Source: an uncultured virus (IMG/VR IMGVR_UViG_3300031555_005587) (Duplodnaviria > Heunggongvirae > Uroviricota > Caudoviricetes). From it: DNA of 64,000 nucleotides. The stretch lies in the IMG/VR virus record IMGVR_UViG_3300031555_005587, positions 1 through 64,000 of that record; one strand, written 5' to 3'. The notes beneath the pieces are model-generated. The model was not told the DNA's origin. It saw nothing but the letters and a program-made list of their open reading frames with translations, and made no database searches. The position numbers were made by a program, and so were the translations under genes. Shown piece by piece: positions 39,368-50,053 of the stretch. Position 1 is the first letter of the stretch; every line of letters begins with the position of its first letter.

Positions 39368-40579
39368 TCAGTTAAGTCCGAGGATTTTACGCATAATAAA
39401 TATGATAATTGGTGTATAAAGATAAATATCTTTATGATATACGGAAGATATTAATGCATCTGCTGTATATAATGAAATATCAGTCATTGAAATATCTGAT
39501 TTATTAATATACTTCCAAATCAATTTTTCATATTCGTTAATAGGTTCTTCACTTGTATTCATGAAAGCATTAAATTGGACATCATCGAAATATGAATATT
39601 GAAGATGTCTATCATTGGTATTGAGAGGATGTATTACTTGAACATCATCTTCTCCCCATTCTACAAAAGAAGAATATCTATATTCAGATGCATATCGTAA
39701 ATTGAAATTAAATTTCTGAAGTAATCTTGCAGGTGCACCTAATTCCAGCCAACTGAAAATAGAATTATTATATTTAATTGGTAACATTGAATCTCTTAGC
39801 TTATCTTGTAATACTATTACTTTACCTGAATTTGAGAAGTTCATTAAACTATATTTGCCGATAAACTCATTGGCACACATATCAAACCATCGATCACCAT
39901 TTTCATCTTTGTATAAAAAACAATTATGTTTTTCATCATAGAACAATGCTCTATATGATACAATCATCTGGTTAATCATTTGAAGAATCTGACCTTTAGT
40001 CACGAAATCATCTTCTCTAATAATTGGATTTAAATTTGTACCAATGGCATTTAATTCAGTATGATATTTATCAATGACTTGATATGTTCTTAATTTCTGA
40101 ATTGATTCATGAGATGTGGTTTGTAAATGATATCTAATCTTATAAAATCCATCAGGTTTCATACTATCATAAGATACATTGGTTACCTGAAATAGATGAA
40201 TCATTTTCAAATGTTTTACGATGAAAAGGTCCATTGGTTTAGGAACTATAGTAGATGGCAATATAGTACATTCACCATCAACATTGATATCTTCAATTTG
40301 TTGTTCATCAGTATTCTCTGGATTTGCTTGTCCAAAATCATATAATGGAAAATTATCAATTTCATTATATCTGATAGGGGCATGTTTACCAAATAACTCA
40401 TCTATATCTTTTGTACCACGATCAACAGTTGAAGAGTTTTCATCTTGTGAAAAATATGTAGTAAGAATAGCACCACTACCGTGATATTTATTCATTTGAG
40501 AATTTAAACGTTCTTCAAATTTAAATATATTCCCATTAATGAGAGTACTTTCATCAAAAATTAATTGACTCATAATCAC
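39368..40579 (-). CDS. Putative virion structural protein (jumbo-phage neck/head-completion-like)
   Basis: 403 aa. ILPSTIVPKPMDLF...LFQVTNV...FYKIRY pattern recalled from phiKZ-like structural proteins (unverified). Confidence 0.45.
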   Translation of the reverse strand: MIMSQLIFDESTLINGNIFKFEERLNSQMNKYHGSGAILTTYFSQDENSSTVDRGTKDIDELFGKHAPIRYNEIDNFPLYDFGQANPENTDEQQIEDINVDGECTILPSTIVPKPMDLFIVKHLKMIHLFQVTNVSYDSMKPDGFYKIRYHLQTTSHESIQKLRTYQVIDKYHTELNAIGTNLNPIIREDDFVTKGQILQMINQMIVSYRALFYDEKHNCFLYKDENGDRWFDMCANEFIGKYSLMNFSNSGKVIVLQDKLRDSMLPIKYNNSIFSWLELGAPARLLQKFNFNLRYASEYRYSSFVEWGEDDVQVIHPLNTNDRHLQYSYFDDVQFNAFMNTSEEPINEYEKLIWKYINKSDISMTDISLYTADALISSVYHKDIYLYTPIIIFIMRKILGLN

Positions 40580-40671
40580 ACTTCCTTTCTTAATATTTCA
40601 ATAAAGTTGTTATAAGGAGGTCCGAAAATAAAAAATAAAGGATGGGAGATATATCTCCCATCCTTTATTAA

Positions 40672-40929
40672 TTATCGATTAACTACACCAACTTGATCAG
40701 CAAGGTTCATGATATTAATAGAGGATTGAACTCTAGATTTCAGCATTGAATACATTGGAATACTTGTAGGATATAACCTCATACCTTCATCAATATTTCC
40801 AATAATTTCTTCTAGAATTGATTTTCTCTTGATATAATAAACTCTACTTTCAACATTTCCAGAACTCAGTGATTTTAGCTCTTCGATTCCTTTTAATACG
40901 TTTTCATGAATTTCGTTAAATGTTCTCAT
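40672..40929 (-). CDS. Small hypothetical protein
   Basis: 85 aa, RBS AGGAGGT. Confidence 0.65.
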   Translation of the reverse strand: MRTFNEIHENVLKGIEELKSLSSGNVESRVYYIKRKSILEEIIGNIDEGMRLYPTSIPMYSMLKSRVQSSINIMNLADQVGVVNR

Positions 40930-40944
40930 AATAAACCTCCTATG

Positions 40945-41241
40945 TTAATTAATCTTTCTAAAACCAGCAAACATTGCTAAACCTGCAGATCCATCGTTAC
41001 ATTTACAAGGAACATGTAACGGTACTTGATACAAATATGGATTTCCTTGAAACATTTGATTCTGGATTACCATTCCTAATAATTCTGGTAACTTGTCATA
41101 TGGAATTTCTCGAGGATTACCTACAACAAGCATACGTCCGCAAAGTGGACATTTATAACATGGCTGATATAAAGATTTTCCAGTTTCTTGTTTTACTGAC
41201 ATTGGTGAATTATTTTCTGTTTTCTTTTTAAATAGATTCAT
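40945..41241 (-). CDS. Small Zn-ribbon protein
   Basis: YKCPLCG...HVPCKC; RBS AAGGAGG. Confidence 0.6.
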   Translation of the reverse strand: MNLFKKKTENNSPMSVKQETGKSLYQPCYKCPLCGRMLVVGNPREIPYDKLPELLGMVIQNQMFQGNPYLYQVPLHVPCKCNDGSAGLAMFAGFRKIN

Positions 41242-41313
41242 TATTATAAAATCCTCCTTTTTAAACTTTAAATATACAGAAGAGGACTAATAGTCCTCTT
41301 CTGTATATAGTTA

Positions 41314-42996
41314 TTATTTTAGCATGTTATAATATACTCCATGCTTTTCTACTAGTTCTTGATGACTTCCTGATTCTACCACTGTACCGTTTTGGATCAC
41401 ATAAATTATATCACAATTTTGTATAGTTGATAATCTATGAGCGATTGTTATTATAGTCTTTCCTTCCAAGGCATCTACTGCATCTTGAATGATAGTTTCA
41501 GATTCATTATCGAGAGCACTTGTGGCTTCGTCTAGTAGTATAATTTCCGGGTTCTTAAGAAATAATCTTGCTAAAGATATTCTCTGTTTCTGTCCACCTG
41601 ATAGTTTTAAACCTCTTGGCCCAACTTCTGTGTCAAACTTCTTGTCCAATGACAATATGAATTCTAGAATATGAGCTTTGTTGCAGGCATCTAATAATTC
41701 ATTTTCAGTAGCATGAGATGAACCATACATGATATTTTCTTTAATAGTTCCAGGAAAGATTATGTTTTCCTGATGTACAGATCCAACGTGTTTTCTATAA
41801 CTATCAAGTGTTATCTCGTTTAACGGAACTCCATCAATTGTTATTTCTCCACCCTTATGATCATAGAAACGATTCAGAAGTTTAAATAAAGTTGATTTTC
41901 CACCACCACTAGTTCCACAAATTCCTATTTTCTGCCCTTTCTTAATTTTCATATTAACGCCAGCTAATGTATTGTTAGAATTATCATATGAAAATGTTAC
42001 ATTTTTGAGATTAATTTCATCCTTAAATTCTAACAACTCTACAGACCCATCTCTCATCAAACCAGGATATTCAATAATATTTTTATATTCATCTTTCAAT
42101 GACATGTTATCAGAAATATCAGATATAAAATCAAGTATTGCTAACATTGGATCCATGAGTTTAAATACTAGCATTATTAAACTCATTGCTTGAGCTTGAT
42201 TAAGAGCTTCAAGAGAAAGCTGATAAATTGTATATCCAATTACAATAATTAATCCAACTGCTTCAACACCATCTATTGATCCATATAATATTGAATTAAT
42301 TTTTGCTTTCTTTATTTGGTTTCCGCATATTTCTTGATTTTTATTTCTTATAGAAATTCGATGTTCTTCAACTGTATTAAATGATCTAACCTCGGCAAAT
42401 CCATTAATGATGTTTTCTACTTCCTGATTCCTTTTTCTTTTGACAACTGTAAACGCTTCATCAATTTTCATATACTCTTTATAAACTTTACTGAAAATTA
42501 TCATTCCTATGAAATAAATGATGATTATTGGAATTATCATATCTCCACCAATTTGATACATTGTAAACAATGTTATGATTATCGCACAGCAACGAATGAT
42601 GAAAGCTCCGGTATTCATACCGATACTAGAAATCTTACTGAGAAATTCTTGAGCAGTATTAATTCGAGCAACCGAATATTTAGTAAACATTTTGTATTCA
42701 GCACCTAGAATTTTATCTACATATCTATTGATCAATGTAGTATACACTTGTTTGATACTAGCTGTTCGTAAATAACCAACAAGAGAACTTGCAATTATAT
42801 TCGTGATTAGTACGAATACGAGTGTGATCAAATGATTAATCCAATTTTCAATATCACCGAAAATATTGGATATCATTATCACTAAATAGTTACTGATTAC
42901 CACTGTTACAAGATTACAGATAAACCAACATAACAACATCATGCAAGCTTTCTTATCTTGTAACCATTCTTTGAAAATAAATTTCATTTTAAGCAC
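41314..42996 (-). CDS. ABC exporter, fused TMD-NBD half transporter (ABCB/MsbA-like)
   Basis: About six TM segments, Walker A GTSGGGKST, Q-loop VHQE, LSGGQKQR, ILLDEATSALD, IAHRLST. Confidence 0.95.
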   Translation of the reverse strand: MLKMKFIFKEWLQDKKACMMLLCWFICNLVTVVISNYLVIMISNIFGDIENWINHLITLVFVLITNIIASSLVGYLRTASIKQVYTTLINRYVDKILGAEYKMFTKYSVARINTAQEFLSKISSIGMNTGAFIIRCCAIIITLFTMYQIGGDMIIPIIIIYFIGMIIFSKVYKEYMKIDEAFTVVKRKRNQEVENIINGFAEVRSFNTVEEHRISIRNKNQEICGNQIKKAKINSILYGSIDGVEAVGLIIVIGYTIYQLSLEALNQAQAMSLIMLVFKLMDPMLAILDFISDISDNMSLKDEYKNIIEYPGLMRDGSVELLEFKDEINLKNVTFSYDNSNNTLAGVNMKIKKGQKIGICGTSGGGKSTLFKLLNRFYDHKGGEITIDGVPLNEITLDSYRKHVGSVHQENIIFPGTIKENIMYGSSHATENELLDACNKAHILEFILSLDKKFDTEVGPRGLKLSGGQKQRISLARLFLKNPEIILLDEATSALDNESETIIQDAVDALEGKTIITIAHRLSTIQNCDIIYVIQNGTVVESGSHQELVEKHGVYYNMLK

Positions 42997-43101
42997 CTTC
43001 CTTTTCTTTATTATACATTAATAATATATTTACATAAAAAGAAATGATGCGTTTAAAATAATATGGAGAGAGGATTAAATCCTCTCTCCATATTATTTGT
43101 A

Positions 43102-44211
43102 TTATTCGCTAACGGATTCAGATTCTTCTGTGATTGGAGGTGTTACTTCGTGTTCAGTTTCAGGTTCCTTAATGAAATCAATAAACTGATCTTCAAAAGC
43201 AATGATATTATTAAGCAGATTCTGCTTTCTTTCCTCTCTCCAAGTATTGCGGATAAATGCATCTAAAGCAATAACCATACAAACAGTCTTCACACGACCA
43301 TCATCTTCAGGATCACTTGCTTTACAATATCCACATGTTGCCATGAAATATAATAGAAGAACATTGTTAGCTTTATGATATTTCTCAGGAAGGAATCTCT
43401 GTTCAAACTGTGCAATTTCCAAAATGAACTTCTGAGAAATCTTTAACTGGGAAAGTTTTGTTCTACATCTTTCAAGCCAATATTCAATCTTCTTTGGATC
43501 TCCAAGTGCTTTGAGAATACGATCTCTTTCATCTTCTGCAAAAGGTTTAGCTAACCATCCAAGGAATTTTCGATCATAATAAAGATCGATACTTTCCTGC
43601 ATCTTAGCTTTCTTTTCAGGATCTTCTTCCTCTTCAGCCTTTGCTTTGAGAACTTCAATATTCTTTTCTTCTTCTACTTCAAGTAGTTCAAGATAAGCAT
43701 CATGAATCTGACGATATTCACGCATAGTTGTTAACCAACCAAAGAAGTCATTACAAGCAGCCTTAATTCGATCAACTGTCTGAGAGAACATAACACCATG
43801 AATAGGATGCTCCTCACCAAAGATTCTATTTACTTCTTCTTCAGTAATACAGTCAATACCATTTAAATGATCCCAGTTATTTCTTTCTTCTTCACTGATA
43901 TCTTCAGGCATAGGAGTACGATGATCATCGTTCCATTTACCAAGTTCTTTCATATGAGTATCATTAATATGTAACTCACGAGCAGAAGCACTCCACTGAT
44001 TCTGCATAATCTGAACCATCATTTCAGCCTGCTTCATAAGTTCTTCAATCTGTTTCATACTCATTTCATTAATTGGGTTTTCAGGATCCAATTCAATAGG
44101 ACCACTTTCCGCAATCTCTTCCTGAACTGCTTCTACAGTTTCGTTTTCTTTAATTTCTTCTTGTGCAGTTTCACTACCAGGAAATGCAATTACTTTACTT
44201 TCGTCACTCAT
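43102..44211 (-). CDS. Hypothetical acidic helical protein
   Basis: 369 aa, RBS AAGGAGG; in the RNAP transcription unit. Confidence 0.75.
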   Translation of the reverse strand: MSDESKVIAFPGSETAQEEIKENETVEAVQEEIAESGPIELDPENPINEMSMKQIEELMKQAEMMVQIMQNQWSASARELHINDTHMKELGKWNDDHRTPMPEDISEEERNNWDHLNGIDCITEEEVNRIFGEEHPIHGVMFSQTVDRIKAACNDFFGWLTTMREYRQIHDAYLELLEVEEEKNIEVLKAKAEEEEDPEKKAKMQESIDLYYDRKFLGWLAKPFAEDERDRILKALGDPKKIEYWLERCRTKLSQLKISQKFILEIAQFEQRFLPEKYHKANNVLLLYFMATCGYCKASDPEDDGRVKTVCMVIALDAFIRNTWREERKQNLLNNIIAFEDQFIDFIKEPETEHEVTPPITEESESVSE

Positions 44212-44234
44212 GTTAAATATCCTCCTTAAACATG

Positions 44235-44687
44235 TTAAATTTCATCTACTGTTTTTGATAGTAGATCTTTAATGGTATCCATTGTTATACGAATAATATA
44301 TGATTCGTAAAACTCTTTAGTGAATAGTGTGTCATCAAATATGATTCTATCAGCATTAATACTGTCATGTACTTCATTACTGATATCTGCCACTAAAGTT
44401 CTGATATTTTCTTTCGTTGTCATTTCAACTTTATGATTGTCAATGAAATCTCTGAAATGCAAGAAAGTTACTTGGGTTGTAAACATACGAACATATTTCA
44501 ATATATCTTCAGAATATTGAGTGTTCTTTCGTTCACTATCTTTCTTTAATTTTGCATTTAGTTCTTGTAATTCTTCTTCTCTCTTTTTTAATATGAGATA
44601 GTTTCGGAGCACACATAAAAATGCTCCGAAACTAATCAACATTGATACAGAGAGAATAGGAATAATGATTTTATAAATTTCTTCCAT
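44235..44687 (-). CDS. Single-TM membrane protein
   Basis: N-terminal IIIPILSVSMLISFGAFLCVL followed by a coiled coil. Confidence 0.7.
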   Translation of the reverse strand: MEEIYKIIIPILSVSMLISFGAFLCVLRNYLILKKREEELQELNAKLKKDSERKNTQYSEDILKYVRMFTTQVTFLHFRDFIDNHKVEMTTKENIRTLVADISNEVHDSINADRIIFDDTLFTKEFYESYIIRITMDTIKDLLSKTVDEI

Positions 44688-44704
44688 ATCATTTACCTCT
44701 CTTT

Positions 44705-47700
44705 TTATTTGCTGATAGCGAAATCTTCCAAATGAGTCTTAAACAAGTTGATTATATTATCAGTGAGATATTTCTTCTTGAATGGAAGATTTTCTACTAC
44801 ATAGTCCCAAACTTCGTCAACATCATCAATATCTCCAGGATTCTCTTTAAGATATCTTCTGTATATTTTACCAAGTTTCTTGAGATGATACATTTCATTA
44901 GATGTGCAGAAGATTGTACTATTACCTACTACAAATCCTACACTATCTTCATCGTGTTCTGCCTCACCGATATATTCATCTTCATCGATGATTGTTTCCA
45001 TACGTACTCCTAATGATTTCAGATATACCTGAAGAACTTCTACAGATCGTTGAGTAAAATTATCCGGAATATTATAATGACCATCTTCTGATAATATAGC
45101 TTCATACATATAACGTCTTCCATCAATTGAAGATCTGTATAGTGCACTAACTAATGCGAAGTCTTGAGGATCTGTAATTACAAGGAAATTAGGCGTTTCG
45201 TACTCCCCAAATCTACAAGGGATTTTCTTAACTTTCAATTTCGTGAATAGATTAGACTATATCTTCAAATAATATCTATTACCAATATTATTTGCCCTCC
45301 ATTTCCATATTGCACTATTTATCATTCCACTATAAATAGACTAATGAATTCATTAGCTGTACTCTACTGACTGTATTAGTATCGTATTTCTCGAATACTA
45401 CAGTTGGTCGATAGTCGTTGAACTTTATACTGTGTTTATTGACGTTTAACTGGTATACTATATAAACAACTAATATGTTTCCATGATCTTTTAGTATTAA
45501 TATCATAAATTAACGTTTTAGGAACATTCATAATCTCAGATATTTCCATTATTTTCACATTTGGATTTTCTAACATTTTACAAATATTATGAATTTTATC
45601 TTCTGAATATTCATTTCTAAAATTTATCGAAGGAATATTATATTCAGAAGAAATATGTGTCCATGTTTCACCTTTTCTAATATGATAAATAATTATAGAT
45701 GAAACACCTGTTAATTCTGATATTAAAGCTGGATTACTATTAGTATTTTCTAACATTTCACATACTAATCTAATTTGTTCTTCAGTATACACATTTTCTG
45801 GATGTTTAATACCTTTAATGTCTAAAAGACCAGTATCTACTGCATGTTGCATATTTTCTTGAATTGTGACCCATTCTAAGTTCCCAACCCAATTACATGT
45901 TTTAATACCATTCTTGTGATTTACAAATGGTTTATTCTCTGGATTTGGAATAAATGCTTCAGCTACTAACCTATGTATGGAACGTTTATATGGTTTTTCT
46001 TTTAGACCATAAATATTTATCATCAGATATCCAGCATTTGTAACAGCACCTTGAATAGTTTGATTTTTAACATTTATCACAACGCCTGTATTACTAATCT
46101 TATATCCTGAATCTTTACCATCAATAATCACTGGTTTCCATACAGGATTATTCAGATCATGAATGTATTGATTTAACAATTGTATTTCTGCAATTTGTAA
46201 TTCATAATCATTCTTGTTAAATAGATATTGAGAATGTTTATTTCTTTCTTCTTGTAATAATTTATCTAATTTAGATAGTTTCATATTGATTACCTCCTTT
46301 CTATATAGAATATATGATTTGATTTTAGTCAATAATATACACAGTATTTTAGCTGCGGATTATCCAATCTTATAACGTTTTTACCATCCCTAACCCATTA
46401 CAGTTAGTACTAACACTGTCCATTACTGGCAGCTGTGGTAGTTATAAGCTCTAAGGAACTTCCCGCAATTAAAAGGGTTTAAAGCCAACTAGATTTGTAG
46501 TTAATCGGCTTTGTTGATTTCCAATCTCTACCAGTTTTATTCGAGTTACTCTTCTCAGGTAGAGATTCATCACCAATGGCTCCAGAAGATCTAACAGAGA
46601 AACCTTTCTCACCGGACTGTTTAAGCATCATGATATATTGATATCCAACATAATCGTCACCAATCCAAATATCCCTTCCCCACTTTGGTTTAGGAGCAAA
46701 GATATGATAAGGTTTAATAATATCACCATACTTTTCATATATCTCTAAGATAGAATCTCGTAATGACCATTCTTCATTGAAAGGTTCCCATCTTGAATAT
46801 AATCCATTATTGGTGATAAGTAATCCATTTCTATCTACAGAGATACAGTCTTGAATGAAATGTTTCTTTTGATAATCTGATAAACCATCATAAATATCTT
46901 CTAAATCTTTAGTCTGTTTAGGATTTAAGATTCGTAATATATCGAACATAAATTCTTTTTGTTCTTCTATAGTATCTAAAGTTGCTGCATGTTTTCTAGC
47001 ACGATCTAGAATAAATGTAACTGATCCTTCATACATAACCATTGGAATAGTACGATTGATAATAGCCAATGGATTAGTTATTAAATCTACTCGTTCTCGT
47101 ACTCCTTTAGCATGTTTTACACCATATTGATCAGTTGTCATTTCTGTAGTTAAATATGGCATTTCTTCATCTGGCCATATACTACATGTCACAGTCTTGT
47201 TTCCATGCCTCGGTTTCTTACACATTGATTCGCAACATCAATGCAGCAACTTAATGCTTCTTATGCTTTCACATAACGACAGTAGAATTTCACTACTGAA
47301 GGATCTTTCGATCGTCGAGATCATATCTTTCATAGTAATTATACTATGACCGGCATTTCGATTTAAGGGATTCTCACCCACCTCTTAGACCTTATTCAGT
47401 CCTGCTTAGGCCCTACTCCTATTGATAATATTAATTTATTAATATTATCCAAGGGATGATCGTTGAACTCATATCCTGTTTAGGATACTTCGCTGCGTCG
47501 GTTGTCCCTATTTCTAACATTTTTACTATACCTTTGGAATTACCCATTGCCCCATAGTATATCACTATCTATGGTTAGTAGTTAGAACTTAACAGGAGTT
47601 TCCCGCAATTAGCACGATTTTACGTCGGCATGCATTTTACCGACTATTTTGCGGCCGACTTTGACGGTTTCTTTACTTCTAATCAGAATCTCTACCATAA

Positions 47701-48781
47701 TATTTGAAAATACAGAATCATTGAAAGCCCATTGAGCATCTGTATCCAAATAGTTCATAGCTTTACGTTTCCATCTATTGATTTCCTTGTCGATATTTTT
47801 GGAACCGCTTTTCAGAATTTTCTTACATACTTTATACACATCAGTGTAGAACCATCTTGCATCATTGTAATACTGAATAAGTTGTTTTGTAACCTTATTG
47901 GTTTTGATATTAGGATTATTGCAGTATACATTGATATCGATAATTTCAGAATCTTTAGGACAGTAATATTTAGCATCTGATTGATTGATATGATGTAAAG
48001 AAATATCTCTCATGTCAGAAAACATTCTACTTTCTTTAATCTGACGAGTAGCTGCTAAAATACCATCACTGATAATATCACCTATATTCGGAAGACCTTG
48101 ATATTCTCCTTCTTTACCATAGAGATTCAGAAGAATAGTATTTTCACTAATAGGTATGGTCTTTGATGTTACATTATTTGCTACCATTCTTTTTGCAAAA
48201 GATTCTGATAGAATAATGGCATCATCCTGTACAGCTGGATGTGCACCATATAGAATTCGACCATTTACACCAATTGAAGTATTTCCGTATTCATCATAAG
48301 ATGTAGTTGAATATAACATTGTACCTTCAGGAATAATTTCACCAACTTCTGCAGCATCAAGAAAATCATTCTTGTAATCGAAACCAAAATTCTCAGTAAG
48401 ATTTTCTACTTGATTTCTCTCTACTACTGTATACGAGTCATCCTGCCTGCAATATAAGAAGTATAAAGCAACGTTACATTTACCTTTTAGAAGGTTTTCA
48501 TATTTCTTACAGATTGCATATACTTCATATTCCTTATCTGCTCTTTTATAGAATGAAGAATGTTCACCGGTAATATTTTCTTTACCATCATACAGGAATG
48601 GAAACTCTGGATTATCTAATGTAAGATGTTGCGTATGATGTTTAATGTTCATCGTACTACGCATTACATTGTTACCTCCATAGAAATCACCTTGACCTGT
48701 TAATGCTAATTTCTTTTTCCCTTTGAGCTCTTCATTTTTTCGTTGCAGTTCTTGGATGAGGTTATACTTTTCTCTAACCAT
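44705..48781 (-). CDS. Phage multisubunit RNA polymerase beta subunit, C-terminal part (probably non-virion RNAP); three exons, 786 aa spliced
   Basis: Exons 48781-47639, 47210-46504 and 45215-44705 total 2361 nt. Splicing restores GRKIVG|RHGNKTV (beta GDK..GRHGNK) and KSTKPI|RFGEYE (beta RFGEME). Also QDDAIILSE, DEEMPY, DLITNPLAIINR. Confidence 0.9.
45216..46503 (-). mobile_element. Group I intron 2 of the RNAP beta gene, carrying an HNH homing endonuclease
   Basis: P1 AAGCCGAU/GUUGGCUU with U-G at the splice site; P10 CAAAUCUA/UAGAUUUG; core AAUUGCGGGAA, AAUCCGCAGCUAA, GUUCAACGACUA, AAGAUAUAGUCU; terminal G. Confidence 0.9.
45436..46284 (-). CDS. Intron-encoded NUMOD4-HNH homing endonuclease
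   Basis: YKISNTG, HRLVAEAFIPNPENKPFVNHKNGIKTCNWVGNLEWVTIQENMQHA, two C-terminal HTH-like repeats. Start MKLSK after AAAGGAGGT. Confidence 0.9.
   Translation of the reverse strand: MKLSKLDKLLQEERNKHSQYLFNKNDYELQIAEIQLLNQYIHDLNNPVWKPVIIDGKDSGYKISNTGVVINVKNQTIQGAVTNAGYLMINIYGLKEKPYKRSIHRLVAEAFIPNPENKPFVNHKNGIKTCNWVGNLEWVTIQENMQHAVDTGLLDIKGIKHPENVYTEEQIRLVCEMLENTNSNPALISELTGVSSIIIYHIRKGETWTHISSEYNIPSINFRNEYSEDKIHNICKMLENPNVKIMEISEIMNVPKTLIYDINTKRSWKHISCLYSIPVKRQ
47211..47638 (-). mobile_element. Group I intron 1 of the RNAP beta gene (428 nt, no ORF)
   Basis: P1 GUCGGU/GCCGAC with U-G; core AAUUGCGGGAAACUC, CGACGCAGCGAAG, GUUCAACGAUCAU, AAGAUAUGAUCU; terminal G before AGGCAU. Confidence 0.9.
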
Positions 48782-48976
48782 TTTATATCCTCCTTTTCTG
48801 TGTTGAGTGTTAATAAATTAAGACGGTGAGTGAATTAAACATTGTTGTCTTAATTGTTAAGGGCAGAATATATAAATATTTATTTGGACAAAAAATGATA
48901 CAATCCAGAGGGAATTCCCTCTGGATTGTATCTGTATATATTTAAGGAAAGGAAGTGGTAGTAAACCGTTATGGGA

Positions 48977-50053
48977 TTATTCCTGTGCAAAACCATCCCA
49001 AGAAGTTCCAGCAGATCTTCCTGGCTGACCAGCAAGTTTGCCATCAACCATACTCTTGAGACCAATGTTCTTAGTAACAGGTGCAGTAGTGGTAGTAAAT
49101 ACAGGAACGTTACCGATATTAGTACCAGTTGCACTATCAACCGGAACAGCACCAAGAGACCTATTAAACAAGTTAGCATTACCGTTTGCATATACAGCAT
49201 CACCAAGTTCAGGGTTGAAGTTCAGTGAGTTAGATACAATACGATACTGTTTTAACAAGTCATTTGCAATTGCTGTGATGATAGGAGATCTGTACACAAC
49301 GCAGTTGAAAGTAACGTCATAAGTTACGTTATCATGAGTTCCGCCCTGAGCCATATCAAGGATTGCTCCCTGATTAATTCCCTTAGGATAACAGTCTGCA
49401 AGTAATACAGCACGTTCAACTTGAGCACCGGAACGATCATGCATGATATAGATGAATTCTGCAGTATGATTTGCTTCATTGAATGCAATACCATCTGTAC
49501 TTTCACCATTACGTGCATACAAACGTTTCTCTTTACCATCTGCGTCAGTACCACCTGAAATCCAGCCACCATAAGTAGCAAGACCACTGTTCTCATCACC
49601 GATGGCGTTCATCCAACCATCAATAACAGTGAATACAGGTGCACCCACCATTTCATACAAACCAATAGTAATTTCATTGGTTGTTTCTTTAGTTACTGTA
49701 GGAGTAAAGAACTGGCGACCTGCAAAACCACCCTGAATAGGTGTAGATGCATTTTCAATTGTTTTCTCCTGGAAACCAGTAACAGATCTATTCATATATT
49801 CAAGCATGTGCTTAAATTGAATGAACAAAGAGTTTGTGTTATACAAGTCATCTCCACCAGCAAACATTTTAGCGATTGCTAAAGGAGGACGTACCATAAA
49901 TAATCGACCGAAACCATTGAGCATTGGAGAATAGTTACGTAATGCATGATGAGTTGCATTAGTACCACCAACGAACATAGAGTATTTGGTGAAGTCAGGA
50001 GCATCAAACTGACGACCTCCGGTCTGACTGGTGATTACATTTTTAAGAGCCAT
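48977..50053 (-). CDS. Tail tube protein (probable)
   Basis: 358 aa, start overlaps the sheath stop. Tube-like pattern ITIGLYE..G...IDGW...LADCYP...YDVTF; high-expression codon bias. Confidence 0.7.
   Translation of the reverse strand: MALKNVITSQTGGRQFDAPDFTKYSMFVGGTNATHHALRNYSPMLNGFGRLFMVRPPLAIAKMFAGGDDLYNTNSLFIQFKHMLEYMNRSVTGFQEKTIENASTPIQGGFAGRQFFTPTVTKETTNEITIGLYEMVGAPVFTVIDGWMNAIGDENSGLATYGGWISGGTDADGKEKRLYARNGESTDGIAFNEANHTAEFIYIMHDRSGAQVERAVLLADCYPKGINQGAILDMAQGGTHDNVTYDVTFNCVVYRSPIITAIANDLLKQYRIVSNSLNFNPELGDAVYANGNANLFNRSLGAVPVDSATGTNIGNVPVFTTTTAPVTKNIGLKSMVDGKLAGQPGRSAGTSWDGFAQE

Noticed and set aside
44705..48781. RNAP and terminase fragments as pseudogenes or separate subunits
   Set aside because: Group I core motifs and exact in-frame rejoining of conserved motifs explain the breaks.
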